Positions 58,836 to 64,000 of a DNA stretch of 64,000 nt are shown in pieces. Made by a program: the position numbers and the translations under genes. The notes beneath the pieces are model-generated. The model made no database searches. It had not been told where the DNA came from and worked only from the letters and a program-made list of their open reading frames with translations. This DNA is from an uncultured delta proteobacterium (lineage in GTDB: Bacteria > Desulfobacterota > Binatia > Binatales > Binataceae). Location of the stretch: assembly GCA_963711565.1 (NCBI GenBank), contig CAVQEQ010000004.1, forward strand, positions 512,001 to 576,000. Direction: 5' to 3'. Numbering within the stretch: position 1 is the stretch's first letter; each line of letters starts with the position of its first letter.

Positions 58836-59456
58836 TCAGCTGCGCCCGACTTTTCTGCGCGGCGCCGGTTCGTCCGCCTCAAACCCCGTCACTCCGCCCG
58901 ACGCGCCGAGCAATCCCTCGAGATGCGATTGCCAGTTCGCGGCGCGCAGATGCTTGTCCTTCGAGTCGAGCAGCTCGTTGAGCAGCACGCTGCCGCGCTC
59001 GACGTGACCTTTCTCCTCTTCGACCAGTCGCTGCAAAATTCGCAAGGTGGGCGGCTCGTACACGGGATTCATCGCCGTCAGATGCGAGCTGTAATGCGAA
59101 ATCAGATGCGGCTTCAGCACCCGGTAAATCCCGACCAGCCGCTCGATCGTGTCCTCCCACTCTTCCTTGTCCTCGATCGCGTTCATAAACGTGACGAACG
59201 CCTCGTTGGGAGCCTTGGAAATCTGCGGCTGCGCGCGCAGCTCCGGCAGCCGCTTGCCGAGCGCATCGGTATGCAGCGCGTCTTCGTACACCTGCTTCGC
59301 CATCTCGAGCTTGACCGCGAGCTCCGGCGTCAGCGCGATCCAGCCGGCCATCATGCGCATCATCCGCTCTTCGGCGTAGCGATAATTCTGGATATAGATG
59401 ACGCTCTGACGCACGCTGTAAACGCCGTCGAGAGTTCGCCTGTCGTAAAGTGCCAT
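58836..59456 (-). CDS. ferritin-like four-helix-bundle protein
   Basis: AEE..AGWI..TPE..VK, EDALH, EEEKGH; GAGGAG RBS. Confidence 0.75.
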   Translation of the reverse strand: MALYDRRTLDGVYSVRQSVIYIQNYRYAEERMMRMMAGWIALTPELAVKLEMAKQVYEDALHTDALGKRLPELRAQPQISKAPNEAFVTFMNAIEDKEEWEDTIERLVGIYRVLKPHLISHYSSHLTAMNPVYEPPTLRILQRLVEEEKGHVERGSVLLNELLDSKDKHLRAANWQSHLEGLLGASGGVTGFEADEPAPRRKVGRS

Positions 59457-59486
59457 CTCGCAACTCCTCGTGATCGCCGCGCCGCC

Positions 59487-60146
59487 TCAGCGCGCGATGC
59501 TGCTGCTCGCTCCATTGGCGTTCCCGAAAAAACGGCCTTCGACTATCGCCGCAATCTCGCGCCAGTAAGTTTCCTTGTCGGTCCCCTTCAGATTGTTCGC
59601 GCCCATCGCCCAGCCCGCGCACAGCATATGAATCGCATGCACGGCGCTGCGCGCGTCCTCGAAATGAATCACGCCAAGCCGCCGCCCGCGCTCGAGAATC
59701 TCGGCCACCGCGCCCAGGTAGTCGCTGCCGATCTTCTTCATCGCCGTGCGATATTGCGGCCGCCGTTCGAGATACCGCGCCTCATGATGCAGCACATTAA
59801 ACGCCTCGCGATAACGATCGATCACGTCGAGTATCGCGCGCATCACCTCGATCAGCTCGCGCCGCGGGTCGCCGACAGTGCGCTCGCGAATCGCCGGCAG
59901 CATCTCGACCAACTCCGCCACCATCGACTCGCCAATCAGCGGAATAATCTCGTCCTTGCTGTCGAGATAAAGATAAATCGATCCCGCCGCCAGCCCCGCT
60001 TCGAGCGCCAACTCCTTCACCGACGCCTCATGAAACGACTTCCGCGCCAGCACCCGGCACGCCGCCAGAAAAATCTGCCGCCGCCGCGCCTTGACGAGCT
60101 TCTCGTCCGGCGCAGGTGCGCGTAATACTTCAGCGACTCGTGCCAT
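59487..60146 (-). CDS. TetR/AcrR family transcriptional regulator
   Basis: RRRQIF.AA, SVKELA.EAGLA.GSIYLY..SKDEI. Confidence 0.92.
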   Translation of the reverse strand: MARVAEVLRAPAPDEKLVKARRRQIFLAACRVLARKSFHEASVKELALEAGLAAGSIYLYLDSKDEIIPLIGESMVAELVEMLPAIRERTVGDPRRELIEVMRAILDVIDRYREAFNVLHHEARYLERRPQYRTAMKKIGSDYLGAVAEILERGRRLGVIHFEDARSAVHAIHMLCAGWAMGANNLKGTDKETYWREIAAIVEGRFFGNANGASSSIAR

Positions 60147-60155
60147 AGGCCAGTA

Positions 60156-60185
60156 AATCTACTGAATGAACGTTCATTTTGTCAA
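60156..60185 (-). promoter_or_regulatory. sigma70 promoter with overlapping TetR operator
   Basis: Minus strand TTGACA-18 nt-TAGATT, 9 nt before the ATG; the spacer holds the perfect palindrome AATGAACGTTCATT (60165-60178). Confidence 0.8.
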
Positions 60186-60200
60186 GAGCCAAATTATAAT

Positions 60201-60405
60201 CGCCTGCGCGGCGGGCGGCAGGGGTGACCCCTGCACCCAGTATGAAGCGCAAAGTTGCGCGCAGCGCGCTACTTTGCTCTCAGGGTCTGGCTCGATGGTG
60301 GAAGCTTAGAGCAAAATGGCGTCCTCGACATTTCGCGATTTCCTAACACTGGGTGCAGGGGTCACCCCTGCCCAAGGAGGTGTGGAACCCAGGCGGGTTC
60401 CACGT
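60201..60405. repeat. inverted pair of family A repeats
   Basis: 60201-60285 (reverse) and 60307-60405 (forward, carrying all three modules). Confidence 0.82.
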
Positions 60406-60468
60406 CAAATAAAGTTCCCTGTCCCCCTCCCGTTTCGACGCGTCGTATCCTTATATATGCTCACCGCT

Positions 60469-60912
60469 ATGCCCGACACTTTTCAAAAAGAAAGCACCCT
60501 CGACCGCTTCTTCAACCGCCTGATGGGCCGCGCGCTGCGGCTCGGATTCGCCCCCGCATATATGCGCCTGCTCGAGGTCCGCGGCCGCAAATCCGGCAGG
60601 ACCTTCACGACGCCCGTCAACATCCTCGACTTCAATGGCCGCCGATGGCTGGTTGCTGCGCGAGGCGAGACTGCATGGGCCCGCAACGCACGCGCCGCCG
60701 GCCACATCGTGCTGCGCCGCGGCTCCCGCGCCGAATCCCTGATGGTCCGCGAGCTCGCCGACGCCGACAAGCCCGAAGTCATCAAGGCCTTCCTCGATCG
60801 CTTCGCCTCGCAGGTCCAGCGTTTCTTCAACGTCCCCGCCGGCTCGCCCGTCAACGCATTCCGCGCAACCGCCTCGCGCACCCCAGTCTTCGAGCTAATC
60901 GCCGGCGCGTAG
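60469..60912 (+). CDS. deazaflavin (F420)-dependent nitroreductase family protein
   Basis: LLEVRGRKSG....TPV, W.RN.RA.G, terminal PVFEL. Confidence 0.82.
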   Translation: MPDTFQKESTLDRFFNRLMGRALRLGFAPAYMRLLEVRGRKSGRTFTTPVNILDFNGRRWLVAARGETAWARNARAAGHIVLRRGSRAESLMVRELADADKPEVIKAFLDRFASQVQRFFNVPAGSPVNAFRATASRTPVFELIAGA

Positions 60913-60976
60913 TGGAGTCTCGAATTCGAGAGAACAGATGTTGGGAAAGCTTTACCTAACTGCTCGAACGTCTCTT

Positions 60977-61012
60977 CCCCTCTCCAGAAGGGAGAGGGGC
61001 TAGGGGTGAGGT
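60977..61012. repeat. REP-like family B copy
   Basis: CCCCTCTCC-AGAAG-GGAGAGGGGCTAGGGGTGAGGT; near-identical to 62772-62807. Confidence 0.8.
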
Positions 61013-61042
61013 GACGGCGACAAGAGAAGCAATTTTTATTCT

Positions 61043-62353
61043 GTGACCGATCCCGCACCGACAACGAAATCGAATCCCCCCAGCGACGATCAGCTCGCCG
61101 CCGACTCCGCCGCGCGCGAGCGCGTGACCGTCCTCGCGCTGGTCGCGATGCTTTTTTACCAGGGCTTCGCTGTCGCCATCGTCTCAGTCGCCGCGCCGTG
61201 GATCGGGGTGAGCTTCCATCTCGACGGCGCCGGCATCGCCCGCCTGTTCGCATGGATCTCGCTCTCCGCGCTCGGCGCGCTCGCCCTCTCGCGCATGATC
61301 GATCGCTACGGACGCCGCCGCATGATCCTCTGGTGCATGGGCGCGATTCCCGTTTGCAGCATCGGCGCCGCCGTCTCCACCAAATTGTTTTGGTTCGCGA
61401 TATTTCAAATCGGCCTCTACGCAGTCGTCGGCGCCGCGGGCTCCGGATGCGTCGTGATGCTGTCCGAAGAACTCCCGATCGCGCGCCGCGCACGCGGCCA
61501 GAGCTTCGGCGGCCTGGCGGGCGCGGTAGGCGCGGGCCTCTGCGTTTTCCTGATGCCGATATTCGACGCCTACGGATGGTCGTGGCGATGGATGTTCGTC
61601 ATCTCCGCGGCGGGCACTGCGATGCTGCCGGCGATGGCGCGGCTGCTCCCCGAGAGCGAGCGATGGGAACTGTCCGACGCCTCGGGTATCACCACCCGCA
61701 CGCGTTTCTACGACGTTTTTCAGCCGCTCTATCGCAAGCGCTCGATCACGATGATCGTATGTGCGTTCGCCGCCGCCGTCTCGACCACCGGCGCCAACGC
61801 CTTCGGCTACTACCACGCCGTCTCTGTCGTCGGGATGTCGTCGGCGGGCACCAGCACGATGACCATCGTCGCCGGCGGCCTGGGCTTGCTCGGCTTCCCG
61901 CTCGGCGCATGGACAGCCGAGCGCTTCGGCCGCGTGCCGACCGTCGTCAGTTTCGGCATCGCAATCACCGCCGGACACCTATGGTACTTCTGGGGCCCGC
62001 CGTCGCATTTCGGATGGCCCCTGATGTGGCTGTCGGCCGGCTTCTTCTGGTTCAACGTATGCGACAACGGCGGCACGGTCGCGAGCAACGCCGCCGCCAC
62101 CGAACTCTTCCCGACCCCTTTACGCGGCACGATGATAGGATGGTTCGCGCTGGTCAGCGCGATAGGCGCCGTAATCTCAAACGCCGCAGTAGCGATACTA
62201 GCAAACGCAATGGGCGGCCTATCAATAGTAGTAGGCGCGCTTTCTATCGTAGGCATCCCCGCTGCAATCCTATTCGGCGCAATGATAGACGAAACCCGCG
62301 GCATGTCTTTAGAGATGGCCGGCAAGGAGGAACAATTCACCTCCGAAAACTAA
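61043..62353 (+). CDS. MFS transporter
   Basis: DRYGRR and ERFGR motif A, SEELP..RA, ELFPT.LRG, ETRG.SLE. Confidence 0.92.
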   Translation: MTDPAPTTKSNPPSDDQLAADSAARERVTVLALVAMLFYQGFAVAIVSVAAPWIGVSFHLDGAGIARLFAWISLSALGALALSRMIDRYGRRRMILWCMGAIPVCSIGAAVSTKLFWFAIFQIGLYAVVGAAGSGCVVMLSEELPIARRARGQSFGGLAGAVGAGLCVFLMPIFDAYGWSWRWMFVISAAGTAMLPAMARLLPESERWELSDASGITTRTRFYDVFQPLYRKRSITMIVCAFAAAVSTTGANAFGYYHAVSVVGMSSAGTSTMTIVAGGLGLLGFPLGAWTAERFGRVPTVVSFGIAITAGHLWYFWGPPSHFGWPLMWLSAGFFWFNVCDNGGTVASNAAATELFPTPLRGTMIGWFALVSAIGAVISNAAVAILANAMGGLSIVVGALSIVGIPAAILFGAMIDETRGMSLEMAGKEEQFTSEN

Positions 62354-62807
62354 CCCCTCTTATCCCTCGCCCCAGTTAGGATGTAGCGTTCCCCGTCTGC
62401 TCTTATACCTCGCCCGTTATTTCACGGGAGAGGAGGCCGGCCGCATCGCGGCCGGTAGGTGAAGGTTCCGCGACGCGAGCAACACCTATACAGGAACTGA
62501 AGGTGCGCGCCTCTTATTCTCCCGCTGGAATGTAGGACGGAATTTATTCCGTCATCTTAGGACGCAGCGTTCCCCGCCCGCGCTCTTATCCCTCACCCTG
62601 CCGGCAAGCCACCGCCCCTGAGAGCAAAGTAGCGCGCTGCGCGCAACTTTGCGCTTCAACTGGGTGCAGGGGTCACCCCTACCGAGGGCGCGGGGCGAGG
62701 AGCCCCGCATCTGAACCGCCCACCCAGCTTATGCAACGCTCTTGTAAGCTAGAGGATAGCGCCACCCCTAGCCCCTCTCCTGAAGGGAGAGGGGCTAGGG
62801 GTGAGGT
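62354..62807. repeat. cluster of family A and B repeats; bidirectional terminator-like hairpin
   Basis: Family A at 62616-62684; hairpin CACCCCTAGCCCCTCTCC/GGAGAGGGGCTAGGGGTG at 62763-62803; short direct repeats at about 62378-62416 and 62559-62599. Confidence 0.75.
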
Positions 62808-62808
62808 A

Positions 62809-63999
62809 CTAGTACGCAGTAGCCGTATGCAGTTTGCGCGCGACGTTCATATTGTTGCCACCTAATGAAGGATCGGTCGTCAATGTGAACATATTGGTCG
62901 TAGGATCAAAGATCTCGGCGGTATTGAGCGTGTTCCCACTGCCGTCTTCTCCCCCGGTAATCAGTATCTTGCCATTCGATAGGGCCGCCGCCGCATGATT
63001 GAACCGCGCCGTATGCATCGAACCGACCGCCGTGAATGTTTCGGTTGCGACGTTGAACACCTCCGCTGTCGCAAGGACGTTACCTGAATCGTCCATTCCT
63101 CCCGCGATCAGCACTGAACCTCCAAAAGTGTATAGCGTTGCGGTATGCATCGCGCGTGCAACCGTCATGTTCGTTCCGCCGAGATCGATAGTAAGCGTAA
63201 ATTTATTGGTGACCGGGTTAAAAATCTCTGCCGTGGATTGCGCAACTCCGGCGGCATTCTCACCGCCCGCTACCAGGACATCGGTAACGCCGATCCCCAA
63301 CGGCGTCGCGGTATGAAACATGCGCGCCGCGTTCATCTGGCTGCCGCCCAATGATGGGTTGTCGGTCAGGGTAAAGGTGTTGAGTGTCGTATTGTACACT
63401 TCGGCACTTTGCAGAGCGCTGATTCCATCGAAGCCGCCGGTAATCACCGCGTTGCTAGCCGTGCAAGTGTCTCTCACCGACGGATTATAGGTCTGCAACG
63501 TAGATGCGGCTGCGTTCACGCGCGCCACGTTCATCATCGCTGGAGGAGGGACCTCCGCGGAATTGAGCACGGTTCCGGCCGCATCCTCGCCGCCCGCGAT
63601 TAAAAACGAATGCGTGTGATGCACGCCTAACAGTCCAGTCTCAGTATGACCCTCCCGCGAAACCGACATGCTCCCCGCGGTAAACTGGTTGGTGCTGCTT
63701 GTGAACGTCTCGGTGGTGGAGGTCGCGCCGGTCGCATCGATCCCGCCGCTCAGCAGGACGGTCGCAGGTGGATCTGGAAGGTCGTTTGCAACGGCGGCCG
63801 CGTGCCGGTAGCGGCTGTCGTTCATCGCGGTGCCGCCCAGGGACGGGTCGGTCGTAAGAGTGAAGGTGTTAGTCTTCGGGTTGAATACCTCCGCGCTGCT
63901 CAGCGGCGTTCCGTCCGATCCCTGGCCGCCGGCAATCAGAACCATCCCCGCGACATACGGCGTGGGCTGTTCCTCGGGTGTACACGATGCGGTTGAGGT
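62809..63999 (-). CDS. Kelch-repeat beta-propeller protein (5'-truncated by window)
   Basis: Repeated M...R..H.A.....VLI.GG....SAE.F.P units; frame open to the window end. Confidence 0.88.
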   Translation of the reverse strand, partial: TSTASCTPEEQPTPYVAGMVLIAGGQGSDGTPLSSAEVFNPKTNTFTLTTDPSLGGTAMNDSRYRHAAAVANDLPDPPATVLLSGGIDATGATSTTETFTSSTNQFTAGSMSVSREGHTETGLLGVHHTHSFLIAGGEDAAGTVLNSAEVPPPAMMNVARVNAAASTLQTYNPSVRDTCTASNAVITGGFDGISALQSAEVYNTTLNTFTLTDNPSLGGSQMNAARMFHTATPLGIGVTDVLVAGGENAAGVAQSTAEIFNPVTNKFTLTIDLGGTNMTVARAMHTATLYTFGGSVLIAGGMDDSGNVLATAEVFNVATETFTAVGSMHTARFNHAAAALSNGKILITGGEDGSGNTLNTAEIFDPTTNMFTLTTDPSLGGNNMNVARKLHTATAY

Positions 64000-64000
64000 C

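Noticed and set aside
62809-63999. Repeats TLTTDPSLGG..MN as a DGR or DNA repeat system
   Set aside because: Protein-level Kelch blades with synonymous divergence; no reverse transcriptase nearby

Overview
GC-rich bacterial chromosomal window. Gene content (ACAD/hydrolase expansion, UPF0182, F420-type oxidoreductase, deltaproteobacterial-style dcw) suggests Candidatus Binatota or a relative; this is inference, not a database match. Contents in order: lipid/acyl-CoA catabolic genes (1-8.8 kb); a putative GT-C/GtrA/DedA surface-glycosylation locus interrupted by a duplication-flanked carbonic anhydrase (9.6-17.7 kb); a stress/detox patch with a clade II chlorite dismutase (18.5-28 kb); UPF0182, a NarL-type two-component pair and a stand-alone degenerate DUF6079/BrxC-like ATPase (28-36 kb); a dcw cluster lacking murF and ddl, with a divergent ftsQ and a frameshifted ftsZ carrying Asp>Asn changes at invariant sites (37.9-53.5 kb); a MazEF-type TA pair and PEPCK. 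The best candidate for an undescribed system is a TetR-controlled operon encoding three ferritin-like (diiron) proteins and two paralogous NTF2-like proteins (56.4-60.2 kb). Two families of palindromic intergenic repeats are dispersed throughout. No rRNA, tRNA, CRISPR array or transposase was recognised.
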